Source: an uncultured Clostridium sp. (GTDB lineage: Bacteria; Bacillota; Clostridia; Oscillospirales; Acutalibacteraceae). Taken from it: a stretch of DNA of 41,619 nt. The notes beneath the pieces were generated by a model, which was not told where the DNA came from, did not search any database, and saw only the letters and a list, made by a program, of their open reading frames with translations. The DNA lies in the NCBI GenBank assembly GCA_964400315.1, contig CAYNUD010000001.1:1-41619 (forward strand). The letters are read 5' to 3'. This document shows positions 1-8,505 of the stretch, in pieces (positions within the stretch are counted from its first letter, which is position 1; each line of letters opens with the position of its first letter). The position numbers were made by a program, and so were the translations under genes.

Positions 1-6
1 GTCTCT

Positions 7-48
7 CCCTCAGTCACTCCGTGACAGCTCCCTCGTCAGAGGGAGCCC
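7..48. repeat. REP-like double-hairpin intergenic element
   Basis: GTCAC-tcc-GTGAC (13-25) followed by GCTCCCTC-gtca-GAGGGAGC (27-46); resembles palindromic repeats dispersed in Clostridia genomes. Confidence 0.6.
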
Positions 49-80
49 AAGACTGAAAGCCGTCATCAAAAATTCAATTG

Positions 81-1496
81 CTAATTGCTAATTGAATTAC
101 GCAGTCCGTTGAGGGTGTCAATCCAGCCGTTGACGATTTCGTACCAATTATCGTTTTGACGAGGGATTTCCCGTTCTTCTCTTTCGGCAAGGACGGCCGT
201 GTTATGCTCGAGTGCTTCGAAAATCGTGCGTATGTCCGTGACGTTATGCGCTCTGCCGGTGCAGCTTACCTCTCTCATTTCCTCGCTTTTTCCGAGCCTT
301 TCGGCAAGCCATACGCAAGCGGCGGAAAGGCGGGAAATTTCGACAACGCCGAGATAATCCGTCTCGGAAAGCGTCGGAAAGCCGTCCGTGTCTGCCGAAA
401 CGGTAATTGCAACGCTTGCGGAAAAGACCTCGTCTCCCGAACGCCCCGTGTCCTCGGAGGTAACGGTCACAACGCAAGCTCCCTCGGAAGCGGCCGTAAC
501 CGTACCGTCGGCGGAAACCGAAGCGATATCGCTGTCGGAGCTTTCGAAAATCACGCCTTTAAGCTGTGAATCGGTGGGGAGCACGGTGCATTCGAGCACG
601 GCATTTTCGCCTGCGGCAAGAGTTAAGCTCCTGTCGCCGAGCTCAACGCCCGTGACCTTCTGCGGCACGGCAAGCACACCCGACACCGTCGCCGTCTTTC
701 CGTTTTCGGCCGTAACGGTAAGGATGTAATCATACCTCCCGCCGGAGGTGAGCAGACCCGTTTCGATATCCCCCGAATAATACATCGGAATAACCGCTTC
801 GATTGTGCGGGCATTCGGTATCAGCTCTCTTTTCAGCCGATAGCCGTCCGAGCCGCTTGCAAGTTCCTTTGATTTGACTGTCACGCCGTTTTCGGTATAT
901 TGCGGTTGACAGTGCCACGCATACGCTTGATTACGGTTTAGGCCGCATACCGTCAGCACCGCCGTAATCGCATAAACAGAATGGCCGCAAGCAAGGTTGA
1001 TTTCGGCATTGCCGCCGTAACGGTTTGCGCTCATTACAGCCTTGCCGACTGTCGGAAAGCTTTGGTCTATCGCCGTCAACGTTCCCGTTGCCGTCGCCGT
1101 CGCTTCGGTTCGGTAATACGCAGAGCCGAGTATCGTGCTTTTGTCCGTTTTCAGCGTACAAGTCACCGTGAAGCCGCCCGTGCCGTCCGCTTCGTGATAG
1201 CAAGTGCCGACCTGTTTGGTTTTCAGCTCGACATATGCCTCATCATAAACGGTCCACTCTTCCTTTTTTTCAATCGGAGCAGAGCGCGTCCACGATGTCG
1301 AATTGCCGTTTGCGGTGTATTCGATATAGATGTTTTCGGTGAATGCCTCGTCGGTGTTTTTATATTCCACCCGACCGCTGAGCGTAGAAGTGTTGTCGGA
1401 AATATTGATTTCCTCATATAACGCAAGCCGCAGTGACAGCCCATCTCGCCTCGAACGCTCAAACGAAAAATCGTAATATCCTAAAAATTTGCTCAT
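81..1496 (-). CDS. Phage tail tip / adhesion protein with Ig-like (Big_2) domain
   Basis: Last tail gene in window; VTGVELGDRSLTLAAGENAVLECTVLP...FESSDSDIASVSADGTVTAASEGACVVTVTS is a typical Big_2 domain; N-terminus with HEADGT resembles siphovirus DUF859-like proteins. Confidence 0.75.
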   Translation of the reverse strand: MSKFLGYYDFSFERSRRDGLSLRLALYEEINISDNTSTLSGRVEYKNTDEAFTENIYIEYTANGNSTSWTRSAPIEKKEEWTVYDEAYVELKTKQVGTCYHEADGTGGFTVTCTLKTDKSTILGSAYYRTEATATATGTLTAIDQSFPTVGKAVMSANRYGGNAEINLACGHSVYAITAVLTVCGLNRNQAYAWHCQPQYTENGVTVKSKELASGSDGYRLKRELIPNARTIEAVIPMYYSGDIETGLLTSGGRYDYILTVTAENGKTATVSGVLAVPQKVTGVELGDRSLTLAAGENAVLECTVLPTDSQLKGVIFESSDSDIASVSADGTVTAASEGACVVTVTSEDTGRSGDEVFSASVAITVSADTDGFPTLSETDYLGVVEISRLSAACVWLAERLGKSEEMREVSCTGRAHNVTDIRTIFEALEHNTAVLAEREEREIPRQNDNWYEIVNGWIDTLNGLRNSISN

Positions 1497-2896
1497 TTCC
1501 CGCCCTCCGCAAGCTCCGTTATTTCTATGTCGGCCACGGCACTCTTTCTTCTCAGGCGAATTGCCATTGAACGAATTATTCCGTGCTTAACCTCGCCATC
1601 AATTTGGATGCCGACGACATCGCCGACTCTTTCGTTTTGCAAAATTATCGTCGCCGAAATTTCATTTCTTTGCCAGCCTCGGGCGGCTATTTCCGCCGCT
1701 GTTTCGGCAATCCCTGCCGACAGCTTGAATTTATCGAAAACAAGCTCATTGTCAGCCTGCCCGGAACGGCGATCGGAATTCACCAGCTCGACAGCCGTGT
1801 CGCCCGATTGAACGATTATTTTTGTATACGGAATTTTAGTTGTATATTTCGGTCTTCCGAGAATAGAGTCCGCACCGATGAGACGGTTAAGTTCTCTCGG
1901 CTTCGTCATTTTCAGCCGCTTTTCTCGAGCCGCCAAAAGGTGTCTTCCCGTTGCGAACGACACCATTGCCGCAAGCTCTCGCATGGTGGTCTTTCCGTCA
2001 TTCGTTACCGTTCCGCTCAGCTCGGTTGCTCCGTCAATCGCACTTTCGATTTTTATTCCCGACTTTTCAAGGCGTTCGATAAGTTCCGAAACGGTAATCG
2101 TTCCGTTAACGGAGCTTCCCATGCCGATGTTTTCGAGCATAAAAACGTCGTCAATCGCTTCAATCAAATAAATGCCGTCTTGCACCTCGCTGACGCTTTC
2201 AACGCTGAATGCTCCGAAAATTTCACCGTTATGTTCTACAAGCAGACGCTGACCTTCAAGAGGTCGAGTGTCGCCGAAAACGGCTTGAAAGTCACAAGTG
2301 CCTCCTGGCAAGTCGTCACAGTCTACGGCGATTTCGTTAAAAATCTCTATTTCACCGAAAAATTCAGTAATTTCATTTTGCTTTCCGAGAAAAATCCTTT
2401 CGAGCTTAACAAGCTGATACGGGGTTTGCGTCTTTTGAAACGAAATGCACAGTTTTGTGAATTTTTCAATTTGCAAATTGCAATAAAACCTCAAGCCCGT
2501 CGGCTCGAAAACACCCGTCGCAACCTGCGTTTCGCCATTATAGGCAGTGATTGAAAGCTCTGAACAATAATTTTTGTGAAAGTCAAACGTAATTCCGTTT
2601 GAAAAACCGTAGCCGTCCTTGACAGAAACGCACAAACAAACCGGATTTGTGAACACGCCCTGTGCGTTTGACACCCTCGACGAAATAAAGCAGCACTCCG
2701 ACGCTTCATCGGCAAGAACCAACGAATAATCGTTAAGCTCTATTCCTCTGCCCTCAAGCGTTGCAAAGCTTGTCGCCGTTTCATCATCTTCGGAAAGAAG
2801 CTTGCCCGCTTGCATATACTCCTCAGAGCCCGTTGCGGGAGCTCGACACTCCTGCTCAGCGTTCGGCATAAAGTCGTTATAGATGATTTTATTCAT
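1493..2896 (-). CDS. Phage minor tail / baseplate hub-like protein
   Basis: 467 aa, beta-rich, overlapping start/stop with neighbours, downstream of the tape measure gene. Confidence 0.65.
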   Translation of the reverse strand: MNKIIYNDFMPNAEQECRAPATGSEEYMQAGKLLSEDDETATSFATLEGRGIELNDYSLVLADEASECCFISSRVSNAQGVFTNPVCLCVSVKDGYGFSNGITFDFHKNYCSELSITAYNGETQVATGVFEPTGLRFYCNLQIEKFTKLCISFQKTQTPYQLVKLERIFLGKQNEITEFFGEIEIFNEIAVDCDDLPGGTCDFQAVFGDTRPLEGQRLLVEHNGEIFGAFSVESVSEVQDGIYLIEAIDDVFMLENIGMGSSVNGTITVSELIERLEKSGIKIESAIDGATELSGTVTNDGKTTMRELAAMVSFATGRHLLAAREKRLKMTKPRELNRLIGADSILGRPKYTTKIPYTKIIVQSGDTAVELVNSDRRSGQADNELVFDKFKLSAGIAETAAEIAARGWQRNEISATIILQNERVGDVVGIQIDGEVKHGIIRSMAIRLRRKSAVADIEITELAEGGK

Positions 2897-3401
2897 TCCA
2901 CCCCGCCTGTTCTTTAAGCTCCGTTATTGCTTGCGCCGCTGTTGTGAAATACTGACGAGTGCGCCACGTGTTGCCTGTTTCTCTCGTCTCTCCCGTGAGC
3001 GAGGGAGTGGTGAAGCTTACCTGTGTCCCTTTCGTTACCGCCGACTCAGAGGGCGGAATAAACTGAACACTGTTCAGCTTGTGAAGCACCCACAAAGGAA
3101 CTCCGTTTATAAGCTCCCCCGTGATGTAGAAAAACGCTCCTCGCTTTCCGCAAATAATCTTGTCGGCAATCTCGCCGTCATTTTCCGTAGCCGCATCGAA
3201 CATTGCTTTATACGCCTCAAGCGGCAGATGAGAAGTGTTGAGCGACACCGCCGCTCCCGTAAAAATCAGCTTGTTCCCTCCGAGGCGTGAGGTCTGTTCA
3301 TATGTCGGTGCGACCGAAACACTCATCATTCCTCCGAGTGAAACACCTTTTTCGGAGTCTTCGGCCTTCCACACGGGAAGCCTTGCTTTAATCGTTGCCA
3401 T
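2889..3401 (-). CDS. Second major-tail-protein-like (tail tube paralog)
   Basis: Start MATIKARLP after AGAGGGAG; VQFIPPSESAVTKGTQVSFTT and YFTTAAQAI align by eye with VKFDQPAETYTTKGETLSFGT and VFATASEAV of 6478..7083. Confidence 0.7.
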   Translation of the reverse strand: MATIKARLPVWKAEDSEKGVSLGGMMSVSVAPTYEQTSRLGGNKLIFTGAAVSLNTSHLPLEAYKAMFDAATENDGEIADKIICGKRGAFFYITGELINGVPLWVLHKLNSVQFIPPSESAVTKGTQVSFTTPSLTGETRETGNTWRTRQYFTTAAQAITELKEQAGWNE

Positions 3402-3783
3402 TTGCCGTCTCCCTCTGCACTTCGAGCGGCACAAATTCAAAATCAATCGTGTCGCCCCACACGCCGATTTCTTTCAGTGTTCTTGAGCCCGTCCTTATTT
3501 TTGCCTCATAGACAAGCGTACCTTGGTTGTGCGGCACCTCAACGGTATGAGACGCTATCGGAGCACTCAAGAGCTTGTAAAATCTATCCCACTCGGAATT
3601 CGGAATAATCGGGTTCCGCCGAGCCTGTCCGCAGTGAGAGTACCTCGTTCCGACGGGTTCGCCCGAATAAAGGCGGTTACTTTGCGTATAGGCTTCTTCG
3701 CCGTCAAAAATAATTTCAAAGTTTTCCGTGAAGCTTTCGAGAATTATTTTTCCGACCCATTCCTCGCCGTCAATTTTAAGCAT
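3388..3783 (-). CDS. Distal-tail-like phage protein
   Basis: Directly after the tape measure gene; AAGGAGGAA RBS before ATG 3783 (MLKIDGEEW). Confidence 0.6.
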   Translation of the reverse strand: MLKIDGEEWVGKIILESFTENFEIIFDGEEAYTQSNRLYSGEPVGTRYSHCGQARRNPIIPNSEWDRFYKLLSAPIASHTVEVPHNQGTLVYEAKIRTGSRTLKEIGVWGDTIDFEFVPLEVQRETANGND

Positions 3784-5866
3784 TTCGTTCCTCCTTAAAA
3801 GCTGTTTTTCGTTTGTTTTCTCTCGAAACAACAACGTCGAGACTTCTGCCTACAGCGGCCGAGCTTCCATAGAAATTCACATTAACGGGAGCTTCGTTAA
3901 CAGTCAGCGTCAGAGCATCCAATTTCTTCTCAACGCGGCGAATTTCGTCGGCGGTATCGGTGTTTCGGGTAATCGCTTGTGCCGCCGTAAGCACCTGCTC
4001 CCCTCGGTGAAGCTCGGCAATATAGCCGTCATCGGGAACGTAAGCTATGCCGCCCGCATGCGGCTTCGGGTCAGGTTTCGGCTCGTCGGAGTCATCATTG
4101 CCCGTAAATATCGCCTTGATTGAATTTTTCAGCGAGGCAAAGATATTCTTTGCAAGCCCCCGCCAGTCATAGTCTTTAATCGCCTGCCAGAGTGCACCGC
4201 AGATATCTCCCACCGCAGACAAGAGCTCGGGCAAGTTTTCCGTCAGTCCGAGAGCAAGGTTAGCTATCAAGTCAAACGCCGACGTTGCGAGCTTAACAAG
4301 GTTATCATCTTTCAAAAGTCCCTCGGCAAAGCCGGTCATGAGACCAAACGCCGAGTCTATCACGAGCGGCGAGCTGTCAATCAAAAAGCCGGCAAGCTGA
4401 GTTATCAAAGATGCCGCCGTTGAAGTAAGGTTACTTATGTTTTCTTCCGTCAAAAGACTTTCGGCAAGAGTGCTTACGATGCTGAGAGCCGACTGTCCGA
4501 GCTTCGGGAGGTTTTTGCCGATACAGCTTATCAAGGTCTCAAGAATGCCCGGAGCAACGTCGGCGGCACTTTCCGCAAGCTGCTCAAAAATTCCCGTAAC
4601 AATAGTAACGGTGATATCGGCGGTGTCGGCAAGGTTGTCAATGCCGTCCGATATTTTTTGTGTTGCTCCGTCTTCGCCCGTAAAAAGGCCCGTCACTCCG
4701 TCAAAGACCTCGGTTATGCCGGGAAGAAACTGCGCCGAAATATTATTCTTTACCGCCGAAAGCGTGCCGGTAAGGTTATCAAGCGAATCGTTAAAAGTTG
4801 CGGAAGCATTAACCGACTCATTACTCATAACAAGTCCGAGGCTTTGTGCCTGCTCTTTAAGCTCCGTTATTGCCTTGGTACCTTGCCCGAGCATCGGCCC
4901 CATGGAATACGCCGCTTTCGAGCCGAAAAGTTCAATCGCCTTTTCCGTGCGTGCCGATTCGTCTTTTATGGCGGCAACTTGGTCTATCGCTTTTGAAAGG
5001 TCAAGGCTCGAGCCCGATGCTTGCAGCTTCTTGGCCGCCGTCTCGAGAGTGGCAACATCAACACCGCTCATTTTTGCGGCATAACTGAGCTCTTGATATG
5101 TTTCGGCGTTGGTACCCATACGCTGAGAGGCCTCGTCAATAGCGTCTCCCGCCTGTGCGGCTTCATTTGCGGCATCATAAAGAGCTTTACCTGCCGCTGT
5201 TGCCGCCGTAGCAACGGCCGTAACACCTGCTGCCGCCGTCGTTGCGAAGCCGCCTATCGCTTTCAGTCCGCCGCTTGCAAAAGAGCTTGCGGCATCTTTA
5301 GCCTTTCCGACGGCACCCGCTAAAATAAAGTGCTTTTCTTTGAGTGCTTCAACAACGTCCTTCAGCTTCTCATAATCGTGCTTCAGACCGGTAAGCCCCG
5401 TTGCCTTTTGTGCGGCTTTCTCGGCCTTTTCAGCTATAGAATCAAACGCATTTCCGAGCTTTTCAATCTTAGGAGTACGTTTACCGAGCTCTTCAATTGC
5501 TTCGTTGTTTTTTTGCGCGGCATCCTCGGCTTTTATAAGCTCCGCAGTTGCCTTGTTAAGCTGAATTTGCCATTTGTCGGTTTGCTTTGTATTTTCGCCG
5601 TAAACTTCTTTTGCATTTTCGAGAGCTTTTGAAAGCACCTCGATTTTATCTCGCTGAAGCTCGACTTTTTTGTTGTAATCCTCGGACTTCGCCGAGAGGG
5701 CTTCGATACTGTCTTTGTTGTCGGAATACTGCGCCGATGTAAGCTTCGCCTCCGAAGCCGCTAAGCTCATTTGCCTTGAAATCTCGCTGAGCGCCGACTT
5801 AAATTCTTTTTCGCCGTCAACGGTGAGCTTCGCACCGATCTCCGACATACCTGCACTATTCGACAT
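3776..5866 (-). CDS. Tail tape measure protein
   Basis: IGAKLTVDGEKEFKSAL N-terminus, long Ala/Leu helical repeats, C-terminal HAGGIAYVPDDGYIAELHRGEQVLTA motif; follows the chaperone genes; GGAGG RBS. Confidence 0.92.
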   Translation of the reverse strand: MSNSAGMSEIGAKLTVDGEKEFKSALSEISRQMSLAASEAKLTSAQYSDNKDSIEALSAKSEDYNKKVELQRDKIEVLSKALENAKEVYGENTKQTDKWQIQLNKATAELIKAEDAAQKNNEAIEELGKRTPKIEKLGNAFDSIAEKAEKAAQKATGLTGLKHDYEKLKDVVEALKEKHFILAGAVGKAKDAASSFASGGLKAIGGFATTAAAGVTAVATAATAAGKALYDAANEAAQAGDAIDEASQRMGTNAETYQELSYAAKMSGVDVATLETAAKKLQASGSSLDLSKAIDQVAAIKDESARTEKAIELFGSKAAYSMGPMLGQGTKAITELKEQAQSLGLVMSNESVNASATFNDSLDNLTGTLSAVKNNISAQFLPGITEVFDGVTGLFTGEDGATQKISDGIDNLADTADITVTIVTGIFEQLAESAADVAPGILETLISCIGKNLPKLGQSALSIVSTLAESLLTEENISNLTSTAASLITQLAGFLIDSSPLVIDSAFGLMTGFAEGLLKDDNLVKLATSAFDLIANLALGLTENLPELLSAVGDICGALWQAIKDYDWRGLAKNIFASLKNSIKAIFTGNDDSDEPKPDPKPHAGGIAYVPDDGYIAELHRGEQVLTAAQAITRNTDTADEIRRVEKKLDALTLTVNEAPVNVNFYGSSAAVGRSLDVVVSRENKRKTAFKEERNA

Positions 5867-6041
5867 CAATCCCCCTCCTTATTTCTCGAAGTCCGTAAAA
5901 GGTTTCGTAATGCCGCCAAAGAGCAAGCAGTCTCTTTAGCGGCATTTGCCAAAATTCGCTATCCGAAAAGCCGAGCAGGCATACCGCTCGAAAGTACCAT
6001 AGGTCAACATCAAATGCGTATGCCTGCTCATTCAGTTTTTT
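5856..6041 (-). CDS. Tail assembly chaperone C-terminal (gpT-like) segment reached by -1 frameshift
   Basis: No RBS or start of its own; LLGFSDSEFWQMPLKRLLALW is typical of gpT-like segments; lies in the -1 frame at A-AAA-AAC. Confidence 0.8.
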   Translation of the reverse strand, partial: KKLNEQAYAFDVDLWYFRAVCLLGFSDSEFWQMPLKRLLALWRHYETFYGLREIRRGIDVE

Positions 6042-6478
6042 TCGGTTTTCTCGCTTTCGCCAAACTCGGCACATACAAGGTTATCAAGCTCGTTCTCGGC
6101 GGCGTTCTGTTCCTTTTTCGGAAAGGCTTCCAAAAGAACGATATAGGTCAACTCAATCATTTCTTCAAGCTTAGAGGAGCCTTGCGTCATCATTAAATAT
6201 TCTGCGTCAACAGTAAATTCGTTCTTTCGCTGTTCTTTGTTCCGAGCTTTTATTTGCTGATTTAGAAGAATTGCAAACACTTCCAGCAAAAGCTCCGTGT
6301 TCTTCATTTGGTCGGAATCCTTGACCCTTGCCAATTCTTCGGCAAACTCGCCTATACCGCCGAAACGCTCGCTGATTTTCATTTGCGTCCAAACGGTATA
6401 TTTGAGGTCGTACGTTTCTCCTCTCCATTCAAAAGGGTGTGCGAAATCTTCAACGTTGTTAATTATCCTTGCGTTCAT
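6032..6478 (-). CDS. Tail assembly chaperone (gpG-like)
   Basis: Between major tail and tape measure genes; ends GAA AAA AAC TGA. Confidence 0.8.
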   Translation of the reverse strand: MNARIINNVEDFAHPFEWRGETYDLKYTVWTQMKISERFGGIGEFAEELARVKDSDQMKNTELLLEVFAILLNQQIKARNKEQRKNEFTVDAEYLMMTQGSSKLEEMIELTYIVLLEAFPKKEQNAAENELDNLVCAEFGESEKTEKN

Positions 6479-7083
6479 TATTCGTCACCCCCGTTAACAA
6501 GCTTGCCGAGCGTTTTCTGATATGCAACAGCCTCCGAAGCTGTTGCAAACACAAATTCTCTCTTGTTGACCGCTCTGCCCTTTGAGTCAAGCATGAGAGG
6601 GTCGGAAACCGCCTTGCCGTTTATTGTGTGCGTGCCGAAGCTGAGTGTTTCGCCTTTTGTGGTGTAAGTCTCAGCAGGCTGGTCAAATTTGACTTTCGGA
6701 TAAAAATTCAAAATAAACTTCTTTACTCCGTCAACGACAACGCCTCTGATTATCGAGAACCCGATATATTCCCCGTCTGTTTCCTCGGCGTAAGTAAGCG
6801 TTTCACTCGGAGTGCCCGAGCCGCCCGTTTCAACCGTTATGCCGAACATCAGCTCGGCGCAAGCAGAGGGAACAGTCGAAGTGCCGAGAGCAAGCGTTCT
6901 TGTCGAAACCTCGCTGCTGTTTTCCGCCTCGATATCGTCCGCATACAGCGTCACCCTCGATACCGTCGGCGTATCGATAAGCTGTATTGCTCTGCCGACA
7001 GCTTTCGGTTCACCGAAGCTGAGGATGCCCTCGTTTTCGGTTCGTTTATAAATCATCGGAAATTTAGCACTAATCAATGCCAT
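6478..7083 (-). CDS. Major tail (tube) protein, phi13-like family
   Basis: TLYADD motif, YPKVKF..P.E.YTTKGETLSF; GGAGG RBS; position in tail operon. Confidence 0.9.
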   Translation of the reverse strand: MALISAKFPMIYKRTENEGILSFGEPKAVGRAIQLIDTPTVSRVTLYADDIEAENSSEVSTRTLALGTSTVPSACAELMFGITVETGGSGTPSETLTYAEETDGEYIGFSIIRGVVVDGVKKFILNFYPKVKFDQPAETYTTKGETLSFGTHTINGKAVSDPLMLDSKGRAVNKREFVFATASEAVAYQKTLGKLVNGGDE

Positions 7084-7086
7084 TTT

Positions 7087-7464
7087 TTAATCCTCCGTTT
7101 CTTCGAGGCTTAAAACCTCGAGCGTAAAATGATAAAAGCCCGTGTCATTTTCATACGTCAACCGTCTGCCCCTTACAATAAGCTCCGTTTTTTGCAAAAG
7201 GGAAACGAGCTGTTTTCCAACCTTTTTCGCTGTCGCTTTGTCTTTTGTAAAAAAATGAACGTCTGCCGCAGTCGCAGATGACAGCTCCTCGTCATCTGCG
7301 TATCGGTCGGCCGTCGTCGATATTTCGTTCCACGTTATCCACTCACCTTGCACAGTAAGCGGATTCCCATTTTTGAAATACGCCTTGTTTCTGTCGTAAA
7401 AATCGGGAAAAATCACATACGGCAATTCTTTAAGCGCCGCCGTAAGCCTTGCTTCAACGCTCAT
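7087..7464 (-). CDS. Tail completion/terminator protein
   Basis: YADDEEL and YENDTGFYH motifs; GGAGGTG RBS before ATG 7464. Confidence 0.7.
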   Translation of the reverse strand: MSVEARLTAALKELPYVIFPDFYDRNKAYFKNGNPLTVQGEWITWNEISTTADRYADDEELSSATAADVHFFTKDKATAKKVGKQLVSLLQKTELIVRGRRLTYENDTGFYHFTLEVLSLEETED

Positions 7465-7891
7465 CGGCACCCTCCTCATTCATTACCGCCTGCATAGCGG
7501 CTACAATTTCTTTCTTAACCGAATCGACAGCGGGGCGAATAAACGGTTCGGCCTTTCTTTTTGAAGTTCCGTACTCCTTTATCGCCGCTTTCTCGTTGTT
7601 TCTGACAGCCGTTCTTGACTTCGCAGGGTATTTTGCCGAGGGTGTCATTCGTTCATCGGTGCCCGCAAAAGAGATTTTGCAAATCCAGCCGCCGCTTTTT
7701 TCTTTTTCGGGCTTTTGTGCAGTGAGCGAATTTGCAAGCGTCCCCGTGTCTTTCGGCGTTCTTGCCCTTATCGCCGCAAGGACTATCGGTGCGGCACGCT
7801 CCAGCATTTTCGGAGCAAGCGTGTCGATATTCGAAATTCGAGATATTCTTTTTTGAAATTCGTCGGGAATTGAAAAATCAAATGTGCCCAT
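7454..7891 (-). CDS. HK97 gp10-family tail component
   Basis: TPKDTGTLANS and EYGTSKRKAEPFIRPAVD motifs. Confidence 0.9.
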   Translation of the reverse strand: MGTFDFSIPDEFQKRISRISNIDTLAPKMLERAAPIVLAAIRARTPKDTGTLANSLTAQKPEKEKSGGWICKISFAGTDERMTPSAKYPAKSRTAVRNNEKAAIKEYGTSKRKAEPFIRPAVDSVKKEIVAAMQAVMNEEGADER

Positions 7892-8190
7892 TAAGGCACC
7901 GCTCTTTCACAGCTCAGCTCCACGATATCGGTGCTTTTTCGGTAGACCTTTTTGACCGTATATCTGAAGCCTTGGTATTCGAGCTTTGATTCGCCCGCAT
8001 AATCCCACGCCGACACTTCAAACACCATTTCGGTTTTATAGCCGGCTTGGAGCGAGCCGAAAAATTCGGAACGTGTTGGCGATTTTGCCGCAGCGAAAAC
8101 TCTGCGCCGTTCAATGTCCGCCGTACGCCAATTGCTTTCGCTGTCTTGCGCCGACACTTTTTCGGTCAGCAAAAAAATAAAATCATCCGT
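7891..8190 (-). CDS. Head closure / head-tail adaptor (SPP1 gp16-like); start uncertain (ACG 8190 or TTG 8172)
   Basis: VFAAAKSPTRSEFF..LQAGYK and DYAGE..LEYQG.RYTV motifs; position after the connector gene. Confidence 0.75.
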   Translation of the reverse strand, partial: TDDFIFLLTEKVSAQDSESNWRTADIERRRVFAAAKSPTRSEFFGSLQAGYKTEMVFEVSAWDYAGESKLEYQGFRYTVKKVYRKSTDIVELSCERAVP

Positions 8191-8458
8191 CGCTCCTCGC
8201 CTCCGTTCTTCTGTTGAGAAGCCGCTGTCTTATATTTTCCGGCATTCCCTCGCCTGTCTCCCTATGCCGATATTTCCACGCCGCATAGTCGGCGGCAAGC
8301 ACAACATCTTTTGTTTCGCTCAGATTTAAGCGAGCGCCTCTGCCGTTAAGCTCCTCGACACATGCTTTCGCAAGCGTGAGAAAATAATAATCTCTTGCGG
8401 TGGAGCTGATGCCGATATCTAACTTCACGAGCTCAACAATTGCGCTGTAATCCTGCAT
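8183..8458 (-). CDS. Head-tail connector protein (gp6-like)
   Basis: 91 aa directly after capsid; LVKLDIGISSTARD and DYAAWKYRHR; GGAGG RBS. Confidence 0.8.
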   Translation of the reverse strand: MQDYSAIVELVKLDIGISSTARDYYFLTLAKACVEELNGRGARLNLSETKDVVLAADYAAWKYRHRETGEGMPENIRQRLLNRRTEARSDG

Positions 8459-8470
8459 CTTTAACCTCCA

Positions 8471-8500
8471 AAACAGGGGGGCGATAAGCTCGCTCCCTTA
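8471..8500 (-). terminator. Imperfect hairpin plus short U-tract after the capsid gene
   Basis: Minus strand AGGGAGCGA-GCTTA-TCGCCCCCCT-GTTTT. Confidence 0.4.
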
Positions 8501-8505
8501 ATTCA

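Noticed and set aside
1583-2554. Long opposite-strand ORFs (also 4437..5084, 12016..12636, 23778..24575, 28924..29727)
   Set aside because: Antisense shadows of well-supported genes, with no motifs or RBS
81-2896. Diversity-generating retroelement or invertible tail cassette
   Set aside because: No reverse transcriptase, template/variable repeat pair or invertase seen in this window; sequence left of base 1 is unknown
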